Positions 1-11,410 of a stretch of DNA of 64,000 bases are shown piece by piece. Position 1 is the stretch's first letter. Every line of letters starts with the position of its first letter. The notes under the pieces are model-generated. The model did no database searches. It was not told where the DNA came from and worked only from the letters and a program-made list of their open reading frames with translations. The stretch is from Hypanus sabinus. Lineage: Eukaryota. The stretch spans positions 31,992,001-32,056,000 of the forward strand of contig NC_082733.1 of the NCBI RefSeq assembly GCF_030144855.1, given 5' to 3'. Both the position numbers and the translations under genes were made by a program.

Positions 1-151
1 TATATACACATATGTATTAACTCGCACACACACTCATACCCACACAGACTTACTAGAAAAAATTCACTGTTAATAACTCATTCTCGAATTGTCCCCCTTA
101 AAAATCAAATTACCCCCCTGTGGGGCGTACACCCCACGTTGGGAACCACTG
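1..151. mobile_element. Right end of a hAT (Charlie/Buster-type) non-autonomous element, truncated by the window start
   Basis: Ends GTTGGGAACCACTG (reverse complement of a CAGTGGTTCCCAAC-type TIR), followed by GTCTAGAA (152-159), matching the NTCTAGAN target preference. The left end is not in the window. Confidence 0.5.
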
Positions 152-349
152 GTCTAGAACCAGCATTCATTCTGTGGTCAAACTCACTTAGGTTACATGT
201 CTGGTCTGAATGATGTGAGCTTCATAACCATGTCTGTATGTGTTTATATATCGAGCTGCTGCCACATGATTGGCTAATTAGATATTTGGATTAACGAGCA
301 GGTGTATCTATTAAACTGGCCACGGAATATACAGCATGTGACAATAATA

Positions 350-385
350 TACTTTACTTCTTTTTCTCCCCCAATTTTTTAATAG
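350..385 (+). promoter_or_regulatory. 3' splice acceptor ahead of the single coding exon of UGT gene A
   Basis: Long polypyrimidine tract ending in AATAG|G (AG at 384-385), 22 nt before the ATG. An equivalent acceptor precedes every - strand paralog. Confidence 0.65.
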
Positions 386-407
386 GATCTGAATACAATA
401 TCTCAGT

Positions 408-2012
408 ATGGAGGAATCTGGTTGGAAAAGTAGAGGATCTGCTGTTTTTTTACTTAGTACCATCATTGTCGCATCTTGTCCCATTATTCAGGCAGCCAAT
501 GTATTGGTTGTGCCTATTGGAGGAAGTCACTGGATTAATATGCGACATCTGCTGGAAGAACTGAAACTTCGCGGACACAACCTCACTGTGCTTTATTTTG
601 CAGGAACTGGATTTATTATAGAAAGTCCTGACCTATATCAGTCTATTGTCATTCAACTACAAGCAAATTTTGAAATAATTGATGTAGTGGGAATCATTCT
701 TAGAAACACTTTGCAGATTGGGCAGAATGGCTGGACCTTCATGGACTATGTTAAGTCTCAATTTGAAGTACAAAAATTTGCAGTGAACTGTATAGAAATG
801 CTTGATGTTGGCATTGCTGGTATTTTTGAGAACAAAGCTTTGCTTAGCCAACTTCAAAAAGCAAATTTTGACCTGGTGCTTACAGATCCTGTCTTGTCTA
901 CTGGTCCCATGCTTGCACATTACTTAAAACTTCCCCTGGTGTATGATGTTCGATGGCTAGAGACTGGTGATGCTCATTTTCTCTTTGCCCCATCACCCCT
1001 TTCTTACGTCCCAATCTCTAACTCTCACCTGACAGACAAAATGTCCTTTCTTCAAAGAACACAAAACTTCATCCAAAGTCTAATTCATTTATCTATTTTA
1101 GAACTTTCTGTTTACCCCAGGTTCAATGAACTCTGTCATCGATATCTGGGACCAGACACAGATATCAAAACAATTCAGCTGAGTGCTGATGTGTTGCTGA
1201 TGAGAGTAGATTTTGTATTTGAATTCCCGAGACCCACTATGCCAAATATTGTCTACATTGGAGGCTTCCAGTGTAAACCAGCCCAACCACTAGCGGCAGA
1301 GTTTGAAGAGTTTGTTCAAAGCTCAGGAAAGCATGGACTTATTGTGCTGTCATTAGGATCCCTTGTCAGTTACTTGCCAAAGCAGATTACAATGGAAATA
1401 GCCAATGCTTTTGCTCAAGTACCCCAGAAGGTTATTTGGAAATATGATGGAGAAATCCCTCTCAAAATAGGTAATAATACACTACTGACAAAATGGATCC
1501 CTCAGAATGACCTTCTGGGACACCCCAACACACGAGTCTTTATTTCTCATGGTGGTATCAATGGCATTTACGAGGCCATCTACCACGGGGTGCCAGTGAT
1601 TGGCATGCCTCTATTTTCAGACCAGTTTGACAATGTAGTTAAACTTGAATCCCGAGGTGTAGCAAAGATGCTTAATGTTGCAACCATGCATTCAACAGAT
1701 CTATTGCAGGCACTTAATGAGGTGATAAATGGCACATTTTACCAGGACAACATGAAGAAACTCTCTGCCCTCCACCGGGACCAACCAGTGTCCCCAATGG
1801 AGCGAGCCGTTTTCTGGATTGAGTACGTTGCCCGACACAAAGGAGCAGGCCATTTGCGTTCTGAATCCTACCGTCTGCCCTGGTATGTTTACTATTGCGT
1901 GGATGTGATGGTCTTTCTATTGATCATGTTCTTCATGGTCACTGTGCTGGTGATTGTAGCATTGAAGAAACTTTGTCGTATTGCATGTAGAAGAAAGCAA
2001 AAGACTGAATAA
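408..2012 (+). CDS. UDP-glucuronosyltransferase, single coding exon, UGT5-like (gene A, 534 aa)
   Basis: Signal peptide, GSHW catalytic His, FEFPRPTMPN..YIGG, UGT signature WIPQNDLLGHP..FISHGG.NG.YEAIYHGVP.IGMPLFSDQ, C-terminal TM helix and KxKxx ER-retrieval tail (RKQKTE). The ORF is uninterrupted. Confidence 0.95.
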   Translation: MEESGWKSRGSAVFLLSTIIVASCPIIQAANVLVVPIGGSHWINMRHLLEELKLRGHNLTVLYFAGTGFIIESPDLYQSIVIQLQANFEIIDVVGIILRNTLQIGQNGWTFMDYVKSQFEVQKFAVNCIEMLDVGIAGIFENKALLSQLQKANFDLVLTDPVLSTGPMLAHYLKLPLVYDVRWLETGDAHFLFAPSPLSYVPISNSHLTDKMSFLQRTQNFIQSLIHLSILELSVYPRFNELCHRYLGPDTDIKTIQLSADVLLMRVDFVFEFPRPTMPNIVYIGGFQCKPAQPLAAEFEEFVQSSGKHGLIVLSLGSLVSYLPKQITMEIANAFAQVPQKVIWKYDGEIPLKIGNNTLLTKWIPQNDLLGHPNTRVFISHGGINGIYEAIYHGVPVIGMPLFSDQFDNVVKLESRGVAKMLNVATMHSTDLLQALNEVINGTFYQDNMKKLSALHRDQPVSPMERAVFWIEYVARHKGAGHLRSESYRLPWYVYYCVDVMVFLLIMFFMVTVLVIVALKKLCRIACRRKQKTE

Positions 2013-2206
2013 GGTTACAGTTTTGTGTTGAAAGATTTTCTTTTCAGTCCTTTGAAATTAAATGGTGGAAGTTATTTTTGTATATATTCCTTGCCCGACA
2101 AAATCAATTTAACAAAGGGAAAAAGTAACAGACATGCTTAGCTACTGTTATTCCAAGTTTAGTAACATTGCTCACACAAATCCTAAAGGTTTACAGTTGG
2201 TGGCAG

Positions 2207-2725
2207 AGAATCAGAATCAGGTTTAATATCACTGGCATATATCGTGAAATTTGTTAATGTTATGGCAGCAGTTCAATGCAATACATGATAAATAAATATA
2301 GAGAAAAGAAATTGAATTACAGTATATATGTGTGTCTATTAAATTGTAAAGTAAAAATAAATAGTGCAAAAAAAACCTGAAATAATAAAGTAGTGAGGTA
2401 ATGTTCATGAATTCAGTGTCTTTAGAAATCAGATGGCAGAGGGAAAGAAACTGTTCCTGAACTGCTAAGGCTTCTGTACCTCCTTCCCAACTGTAGCAAT
2501 GGGAAGAGGGCATGTCCTGGGTGGTGGGGATCCTTAATGATGGAAACTGACTTCCTAATGCACTGCTCCTTGAAGATGTCTTGGATCTTACGGAAACTGG
2601 TACCCATGATGGAGCTAACTGATTTTACAAGTTTCTGCAACTTACTTTGATCTTGTGCAGTCGCTCCTACATACCATACAGTGATGCAGCCAGTCAGAAT
2701 GCTCTCCACGGTACATTTGCAGAAG
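2207..2725 (-). mobile_element. 5'-truncated Rex1/Babar-type LINE 3' end
   Basis: ORF 2422-2757 has ESILTGCITVWY...IIKDPHHPGHALF..GRRYRSL (DUF1891-like ORF2 C-terminus). A (CTGATT)n tail reads as GAATCAGAATCAG on +; a second tail stub lies at ~3160-3186. Confidence 0.8.
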
Positions 2726-2929
2726 CCCTCTTTACAACTTTTATTCCTTTTCCTCATTTGATTTCATTCTGACAATCACAGTTCTTGAAGGTCAAAATCA
2801 GAAACAGATTTAAGAGAAAATGTTGCAAATATTGGGACCCTAAAATACAACTTGAGAATATCTAAATACACTGTATCTTAGCATATGAAAGGGGTAGATG
2901 GGGGGGGGGGTCATCATTTGGATTACAAA

Positions 2930-3150
2930 ATTTAAGACTAATTGTGAAAGGTGAAATGTTTAAGAGTAACCCTGAGGGGAACTTCTTCACTCAGATTGTG
3001 GTGAGAATGTGACTTCAACTTTTAAGGTAAGTTTGGATACATATATGGAGGGCTGTGATGCAGGTGCAGGCCAGTGGGTCTAGGCAGAATAATAGTTTTG
3101 CAAGGACTAGATGGGCTAAAGGGCCTGTTTGTGTTCTATGGCTCCATTGT
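2930..3150 (+). mobile_element. Old CR1 LINE 3' fragment
   Basis: GGGAACTTCTTCACTCAGA..GTGGTGAGA (the FFTQRVV end of ORF2) and GATGGGCTAAAGGGCCTGTT 3' UTR motif. Confidence 0.6.
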
Positions 3151-3949
3151 TATGAAGAATTAGAATCAGAATCAGGTTTAATATCTGTAGTACTCTCCTC
3201 CTGCTTTTTCAGGCAGCTCCCTTACCAAGACTTGATCATCAGTGTCATGGTCCGGTCCGTAAAGTCTGCATTCTGGTTCACAGTCTGGTCCATGGACTCT
3301 GGACTCCGGGTGTTCCGGCTGTCCCTTATTTCAGCTGGGCTTAATCACAGGCACCTGATCCTCATATTGAGGCTGGAATCTAAGTAGCCCTGGGTTCAAG
3401 TGCAGTTGCTGGTTTGTCTTGTGGGTATCCTGTCCTTGCCTCTGTGGGGTAAGTCAGGCTGTTTTTGCTGTTATCCTATGGTGGGATCTGTCCCTCCCTG
3501 TCCTTGCCTCTGTGGGGTAAGTCAGGCTGTCTTTGACGTTACCCTGAGGCTGGACTGTTCCCTTCCTTCCCTCTGAAGCCCTGCCGGCAACCGCGCCTGC
3601 ATCCTCAGCTGTATCGCCGTCAAGTTCAGCCTTGTCACGCAAACAGAAGTAACTATCTATCGTTTAGTTTGGAACTGTATCTTTGTGTTCCTGTGTTTAG
3701 TGTTTGTGTATGAGTTCCATCCCTATGCCCTGTCCCCAGGAGGGATCCTGACTCTGTGTAAAGCCCCTGCCCTACATCCTGTTCCCAAGGAGGGGTCCCG
3801 GTGCTGTGTTCTGTACTCCTGTGCTCCAGTCCAAGGCTCAGTGTTCCAGTCCGTGTCCAAGGATCTGAGGAGATTAAAGTCCATGTGCAACTCGTAGCCT
3901 AGGCCCTGAGTCCTGGTCTCGTCCAGGGCTAGTGTCCGTGTCCAGCTAC

Positions 3950-4174
3950 TGATGCACCATCAATAACTCTCGGAGACGTGAGGCGAGATATGGGCTTTTG
4001 TTGGCTGGAAGAAAGAACAAGCAGCAATTGACCACCACACTGCATCCTGGAGATTGAGGCCAGGGTGGTGTCTCCAATCGCCTTTATACCGGGGTCTGTG
4101 GAAGGAGCCACAGGAGCAGTCAGCGGGGGGGGGGGGGGGGGGCATGTCCAGACAGGTATATGTAGTTCACCACA
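3950..4174 (-). repeat. 3' LTR of the Gypsy element
   Basis: Direct repeat of 8165-8415 (about 10 substitutions by eye). Preceded on - by the polypurine tract AAAGAGGGGGTGAA (4175-4188). Confidence 0.95.
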
Positions 4175-4232
4175 TTCACCCCCTCTTTGTTTTAAAAGAG
4201 AGTCCCCATGGGGCGAAGTTTCTTACGTATAT

Positions 4233-7200
4233 TTACAGGTTAAGTCTATCAGGTGGTCGAATCTGTCGCTGCGATCTACATAGCACTGGCTGTGATTGCA
4301 CAGATGCCGGTGGTGCCAGTGGTGCTTGCACCGGAGTTGGAGGTTGTGCTGGTTCCGGCCTAACTGGAGGTGTCAGCCCACTAGGTGTCAGTGATCCCTC
4401 ACGCATGTGCGAGACGCCCGGTATAGGAGTGTTGTGAGGAGTCTGTGTAGGGCTCGGTGTGCGCGGTGTCACCTCAGGTACAGGGTTCATAGTTACCATG
4501 GGGTGTTCGGGGTAGGGATCTGCTGCTCCTGTGGGCGCCAGGTCGCAGATGGAGACAGTGTCCTCCCACCCATCAGGTAAAACCACGTAGGCATACTGGG
4601 GGTTCGCATGTAGTAGGTGAACCCTCTCGACCAGCGGGGAGTATTTATTGCTCCGCACATGTTTCCAGCACTGGCCCTGGGGATGTCAGCCAAGCCAGTA
4701 GGGTGGTCCCAGTGACAGACTTCCTGGGAAAAGAAAATAGGCGCTCATGAGGGGTGGCATTAGTGGACGTACATAACAGAGAGTGGATAGAGTGGAGTGC
4801 CTCGGGGAGGACCTCCTGCCATCGAGAGACCGGCAACCCTTTTGACTTAAGGGCTAAAAGTGTGGCCTTCCACACTGTGGCATTCTCCCGCTCTACCTGG
4901 CCATTACCCCGGGGATTATAGTTCATGGTCCTACTAGTAGCAATGCCCTTAGCCAGCAGGTACTGGCGCAGCTCATCACTCATAAAGGAGGACCCTCTAT
5001 CACTGTGAATATAGCAGGGATACCCGAACAGAGTGAAGAGCTGGCGCAGGGCTTTTATGACGGACGTGGCAGTGGTGTTGGGGCGGGGTCTGGCAAAGGG
5101 GAACCGCGAGTACTCGTCGATAATGTTGAGGAAGTAGACATTGTGGTCGGTGGAGGGAAGGGGTCCCTTAAAGTCAACACTCAGTCGCTCGAAGGGGCAG
5201 GTGACCTTGATAAGTTGCGCCTTTTCAGGATGGTAGGAGTACGGTTTGCACTCAGCGCAGACTTGGCAGTACCTGGTCATCGTCCTGATGTCCTCAAGGG
5301 AGTACGGCAGGTTCCGGGCTTTCACAAAATGGTAAAATCGGGTGACCCCCAGATGGCAAAGATGTGCATGGAGGGCGTGTAGTTGGTCGAGCTGTGCGCT
5401 GGCATACGCTCCCCGGGATGGGGCATCAGGGGGCTCATTGAGCCTTCCAGGCTGGTACAGGATATCATAGTTGTAGGTGGAGAGTTCTATTCTCCACTGT
5501 AAAATTTTATCATTTTTGATTTTGGCCCGCTGTTGGTTGCTGAACATGAATGCAACTGAGTGCTGGTCAGTCAGCAAGGTTAACCTTTTGCCAGTGAGAT
5601 AGTGCCTCCAGTGCCTAATAGCTTCCACTACGGCCTGGGCTTCTTTCTCCACCGTGGAGTGCTGAACTTCAGGGCCTTGAAGGGTACGAGAAAAGAATGC
5701 TACTGGCCTGCCTGCCTGATTGAGGGTAGCAGCGCGAACTCAGAGGTGTCACTCTCTACTTGGAAGGGAATGGTCTCGTCCACTGCATGCATCGTTGCTT
5801 TGGCAATGTCCCCTTTAATGCGGCTGAAGGCTGTGCAGGCCTCAGCAGAGAGGGGAAATGTGGTAGACTTGACCAGGGGGCGGACCTTGTCTGCGTAGTG
5901 GGGGACCCATTGGGCGTAATAGGAAAAGAAGCCCAGGCACCGTCTGTGGGCTCTGAGGGCGGTGGGAAGAGGGAGTTCTAACAGGGGGCACATATGGTCG
6001 GGATCTGGGCCAATGACCCCGTTCTCCACGACATACCCAAGGATAGTGAGTCTGGTGGTTCCGAACACACACTTGTCCCTGTTATAAGTAAGGTTCAGGG
6101 CTGGCCACTTGGAAAAATCATTGGAGGTTGGCGTTGTGATCCAGCCAGTTGTGACCACAGATGGTGATATTATCCAGATAGGGAAATGTGGCCTTCAGTT
6201 GGCACTGGTCCACCATCCAGTCCATTTCCCTCTGGAAAACTGAGACACCATTTGTGACACAGAAGGGGACGCGCAGGAAGTGATAGAGCCTGCCGCCCAC
6301 CTCGAAGGTGGAGTAGAGGCAGTCCTCTGGGTGGATGGGGAGCTGGTGATAAGCGGTAAGCGGATTTCAGATCTGTTGTCAAGAACACCTTGTACTGAGC
6401 TATCTCGTTGACCATATCCACAATGCGGGGTAGGGGGTACGCGTCAAGCTGCGTGAACCTATTGATGGTCTGGCTATAGTCCACGACCATCCTATTTTTC
6501 TGCCCGGTCTGAACAACAACCACCTGGGCCCTCCAAGGACTTGTGCTTGGCTCAATGATCCCCTCCCTGAGCAGCCGCTGCACCTCTGACTGAATGAAGG
6601 CCCTGTCCCCCGCGCTGTACCTCCTGCTTTTAGTTGCCACAGGTTTACAGTCGGGGGTCAGGTTGGCGAACAGCAGTGGGGGAGGGATCTTGAGGATGGA
6701 GAGGCTGTAAGTGGTGTCAGTAGCGCAGCTGTCAGCATGGTGCTGGGTGGGATGTGTGGGTCGGTGTGTGTGTGTGTGGTCAGTAGCGGGGTATATGATG
6801 AAATCCCACAAAACTGAGGATTCCTGACAGTGAGTGGTGGGAGGGGCCCGTCATATGCCATAGTCACACTTTCGAGGTGGCTCTGGAAGTCCAGCCCCAA
6901 TAGCACAGGCGCGCACAGTTGAGGCATGAACAGTAGTGTAAAGTTCCGATATTCTGTGCCCTGCACCACCAATGTCGCTACACAACCCACCCGGATGTCT
7001 GTGGAATGTGACCCAGAAGCCATGGTGACCCTCTGGCTTACCGGCCGTGTCACGAGTTCGCAGTGTTGCACCGTGTCCGGGTTAATAAAACTCTCAGTGC
7101 TACCTGTGTCAAACAGGCAGCTAGTCCTGTGCCCCTCCACCAGGATGTCCATCATTGACCTTGCAAGCTGGTGTGGGGCGCTTTGGTCAAGGGTTACGGA

Positions 7201-8138
7201 AGCCAGAGTTGAACCACCGTCTTGGTGCCCGGTAATCACCGGTGGGTCAGGGGTGGGGCGAGGTGGCGCCGACAAAGATGGCCGCCCCCATCCGGGCATG
7301 CAAGATGGCGGCCCCTATGCCTCGCACGAGGCGGGCAGGCAAGATGGCGGCCCCCATGCCTCACACAGAGCACTGCCCGACCCCACTCGTGGTTCAGACC
7401 TACAGACCTTGGCGAAATGGCCTTTCTTCCCGCAGCTGGAGCAGGTAGCTTCTCAGGCCGGGCAGCGTTTTCGGGGGTGATTTTCAAGTCTGCAGAAGTA
7501 ACACTGCGCGGACTTACGACTGGCAGCAGCTATGGTCGGTTTCGGGGAGTTTGTGGACTTGCGACTGGCAGAAGCGGTGGTGAATTCACTCGCGGGAACC
7601 GGCGGCAGCGGGGTCTGCCGTGTCCACGGAACTGGTGGGGGATCGCGCAGCTGGACAGCGTCAGCGTTCGTAAGGTAAGATCGGCATTTTCTAGCAGCCA
7701 CTGGCGCACGTACACTGACCTGATCCCTGTAACGAAGGCGTCTCGTACTAGCAGCTCCGCATGTTGTTCTGCCGTGAGAGTTTTGCAGTCTCAAGCTCGC
7801 ACGAGTGTCTGTAGGGCTCGGAGAAACTCAGCGCTCGACTCGTCAGTTTGCTGTCGCCGCGTTGCTAAGCGATATCTTGCATAGATGGTGTTCACGGGCT
7901 GCAAGTACTGTCTTTTGAGGGTGTCCAGTGCCCCTTGGTAGATCGGCAAGTCTCTGATAAGGGAGAATACTTTAGGACTTACTCTGGATAGTAGGATTTT
8001 GTGCATTGTGGCAGGCTCAGTCACTGGAATCGCTTCCAAGTATGATTGGAAGCATGCAAGCCAGAGTTCAAAGGCAAGAGCTGCTTCTGGGGCTTGGGGG
8101 TCCAAGTCTAATTTTTCCAGACGTAAAATACTTTCCAT
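4233..8138 (-). pseudogene. Gypsy gag-pol, broken by several frameshifts
   Basis: Gag start MESILRLEKLDLDP; two CCHC knuckles (CYFCRLENHPRKRC, CSSCGKKGHFAKVC); protease LFDTGS; RT SPWRAQVVVV..RMVVDYS and YLDN; RNaseH VESDTS..EKEAQA; integrase HHCC plus VDFKGP/SDRG/GQVER; C-terminal RSQRQIRPPDRL. Confidence 0.92.
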
Positions 8139-8164
8139 GTTTTAAAACCTCCAGGCAATAAAAT

Positions 8165-8415
8165 TGATGCACCATCAATAACTCTTGGAGACGGGAGGCG
8201 AGATATAGGCTTTTGTTGGCTGGAAGAAAGAACAAGCAGCAATTGACCACCACACTACATCCTGGAGACTGAGGCCGGGGCGGTGTCCCCAATCGCCTTT
8301 ATACCGGGGTCTGTGGGAGGAGCCACGGTCAGTGGAAGGAGCCACAGGAGCAGTCGGCGGGGGGGGGGGGGGGGGGGGTGGTGCGTGTCCAGACAGGTAT
8401 ATGTAGTTCACCACA
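8165..8415 (-). repeat. 5' LTR of the Gypsy element
   Basis: Direct repeat of 3950-4174 with an extra ~19-bp internal duplication. TATAAA on - at ~8298-8303; poly-G tract. Confidence 0.95.
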
Positions 8416-9007
8416 GCTACACCTCTCCCGACTTCTGTTTTGCTGTCCCTCGACCTAGGCTCTGCGTTCCTGCTCTCTCTCGACCAAGGCTCTGCATTCC
8501 TGCTCTCCCTTGATCAAGACCAAGTCTGAGCTTTATGTCCTCGTCCAGCCCTGGAGTCCTGCGTCCTGCCCCCACATCCAGTCCTGTTGCCTTGTCACGT
8601 CCAGCCTTTGCCTGGATCCGGACTCCGAGCCCAAGTCAGGACCCAGGTTCCGGGTCCCTGTCCAGTCACTGGCTCAGAGTCCTTGTCCAGGTCCCTAGTT
8701 CTTAGTTCCTCATCCAGGCCCCACTTTCCTGCTCTAGTCTCTTCCACAGCCCATGTCTTGTCCAGCATCATTTCTTCCCCACTTCCCTTGCTTTCCTGAT
8801 ACACCTAGTCCTCTCCCTAGTACTTCAGTGTTTGTGCCTTGCATTGAGGTCCGTTCCCAACGCCCACCTTATGACAATCTGCATGTGTGAGGATTGCCCT
8901 ATCTCGGCCTGACTCCTTCTGATTAACAACATACTGCTGCTCTTCGACACAATCCCTCAACATTGTAAACTGATTACGAAGGGCCTTCACATAGAATGCA
9001 GCAGTGA

Positions 9008-10760
9008 CCAGGTTCATTTCCCAAAACCAGATCAAGTACAGCCTCTCCTCTTGTAGGCTTATCTACATATTGTTTCAGGAAACCTTCCTGAACACACCTA
9101 ACAAACTCCATCCCATCTAAACCACTTGCTCTAGGGAGATACCAATCAATACTGGGGAAATTAAAATCTCCCATCACGACAACCCTGTTATTATTGCACC
9201 ATTCCAGAATCTGTCTCCCTATCTGCTCCTCGATGTCCCTGTTACTATTGGATGGTCTATAAAAAAAACAGCCAGTAGGGTTATTGACCCTGTCCTGTTT
9301 CTAATTTCCACCCACAGAGACTCCGTAGACAATCCTTCCATGAGTTCCTCCTTTTCTGCAGCCATGACACTATTTCTGATCAGTAGTGCCATGCCCCCAC
9401 CTCTTTTGTCTCCCTCCCTGTCCTTTCTGAAACATTTAAAGCCTGGCACTTGAAGTAACCATTCCTGCCCCTGATCCATTGAAGTCTCTGTAATGGTGAC
9501 AACATCATTGCTCCAAGTACTGATCCATGCTCTAAGCTCAACCATATTGTTCATGATGCTTCTTGCATTAAAATAGACACATCTCAAACCATCGCTCGGG
9601 TGAATTCCTTCCCTATCACCTGCCTATCCTCCCTCTTGCACTGTCTCCAGGCTTTCAGTATTTGTGAGCTAGCCTCCTCTTCCCCAGTCTCTTCAGTTCA
9701 GTTCCCACTCCCCAGCAATTTTAGTTTAAACTCTCCCCAAGAACCTTAGCAAACCTTCCCTGCCAGGATATTGGTTCCCCTGGGATTCAAGAGCCACCCA
9801 CCCTTTTTGTACAGGTCACGCCTGCCCCAAAAGAGGTCCCAGTGATCCAGAAATCTGAATCCCTGTCCCCTGCTCTAATCCCTCAGCCACACATTTATCC
9901 TCCATTTCATTCTGTTCCTATTCTCACTGTCACATGGCACAGGCAGTAATCCTGAGATTACTACCTTTGAGGTCCTGCTTCTCAACTTCCTTCCTAACTC
10001 CCTGTAATCTGTTTTCAGGACCTCCTCCCTTTTCCTACCTATGTTGTTGGTACCAAACCTCTGGCGGTTCACCTTTCCACTTCAAAATATCGTGAACATG
10101 ATCAGAAACATTCCAGACCCTGGCACCTGGGAGGCAAACTACCATTCATGTTTCTTTCCTGCATCCACAGAATAGCCTGTCTGACCCCCTAACTATAGAG
10201 TCCCCTATTACTCCTACCTTCTTCCTTTCCCTACCCTTCTGAGCCACAGGGCCAGACTCTGTGCCAAAGGTGTGGCCACTGTTGATTCCCCCAAGTAGGC
10301 CATCCCACCTCACCCCAACAGTACTCAAACAGGAGCACCTATCGTTAAGGGAGACAGCCACAGGGTTACTCTCTAGTATCTGACTCTTGCCCTTCCCTCT
10401 CCTGACTGCTACCCACTTATCTGTCTCTCGAGGCCCCGGTGTGACTACTTGCCTAAAGCTCCTCTCTATCGCCTCCTCACTTTATTGACCAGACGAAGGT
10501 CATTGAGCTGCATCTCCAGTTCCCTAAAGCAGTCCCTGAGGAGCTGCAGCTCGATGCACCTGGCGCAGATGTGGCCATCAGGGAGTTGGGAGTCTCCCGA
10601 ACTTCCCATATCTGACACCCAGTACAGAATACCGGTCTCACTGACATACTTCATGTTTCTATTCCTCACAAGTAACTTATCCCGTTATCGCCAAAGCCCT
10701 ACCACTCTGCCTCAGATCACTCCATTGACAACCTCTCCATTAGGCAGTGCCTCCATTTGC
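9008..10760 (-). mobile_element. Degraded CR1 LINE 5' half (ORF1 zinc finger/esterase plus ORF2 endonuclease), 3'-truncated
   Basis: HICARCIELQLL..RELE, IGDSIVRG, SKVVISGLLPVP (ORF1 SGNH esterase); YFNARSI..ITET, MGDFNFP.IDW, PTRGEAVLDLVL (APE). Confidence 0.88.
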
Positions 10761-10782
10761 TGCCTAAACCTTCCCTGCTATC

Positions 10783-11042
10783 TGTTGTAATGTGAGTATT
10801 ATTAAAAGTAAGTTAATACTAATCGGGGAGCTGTTGGTAGCAAGAAGTGGGATCTGGGGTTGGCGGGGTCTTTACTTCCGCTAATTTACTCCCAGTATGC
10901 GTTGTATATAGTTCCTCCACCCATGCCGCATGAGGTACCTGGAAGCCTCTGTATTGTAAATATCATTTGCCGTCTCAGATAAAGATGCTCTTTTGGCCAT
11001 CAAGTTGTCGAGTGGCCTTTTTGTAAAGTAGAATTTACCACA
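10783..11042. mobile_element. Small solo LTR (260 bp)
   Basis: Termini TGTTGTAA...TTACCACA (7/8 inverted), flanks CTATC/CTAAC (4/5 TSD), internal TATA-like TATATA. Confidence 0.55.
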
Positions 11043-11410
11043 CTAACTCACGACTGCTGGTCCAGTTAAAGCAGCTGATAGGCCACATACAATTGACAAA
11101 CGCTCTTGAAGCTCCCTTTTTAAATAACCACCACTTACCTGCGAGGAATCCCTCTTAGTAAAGCTCGCTTGATGCCTCTTGATGTCTTTTGGGAGCATCT
11201 AGTGAATTTCACTCATAGCTTCTACTTCATGCCAAAATTTGGCATCCCCAGTCTCCTAAATGAGGAGAGCTCGGAAGGAGTGCCCTGTATCTCTGAGGGA
11301 TAAGGGTGTATGGATTGTGATCAGAAGTAGGCACTATAGCTGGTGTCATCAGGATTCCAATTCTACCATTGTCTGAACTCAACAGCTGCCAACCCAAGCG
11401 GTTAGATGTA

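Larger units (their letters stand above)
3950..8415 (-). mobile_element. Full-length Ty3/Gypsy LTR retrotransposon (Mag-like), 4466 bp, frameshifted
   Basis: Two TG..CA LTRs, perfect 5-bp TSD GCTAC (3945-3949 and 8416-8420), PPT beside the 3' LTR, and domain order gag-PR-RT-RNaseH-IN. Confidence 0.95.
3243..8876. mobile_element. Solo-LTR-like element (~1.16 kb net) split by the Gypsy insertion
   Basis: Termini TGTCAT...ATGACA; flanks ATCAG/ATCTG (4/5 TSD). Both ends are homologous to the elements at 23960, 37486 and 50884. Internal direct repeat at ~3430 and ~3498. Confidence 0.7.

Noticed and set aside
8877-9007. Possible mariner transposase scrap (VTAAFYVKAL)
   Set aside because: Too short, with no second motif to support it.
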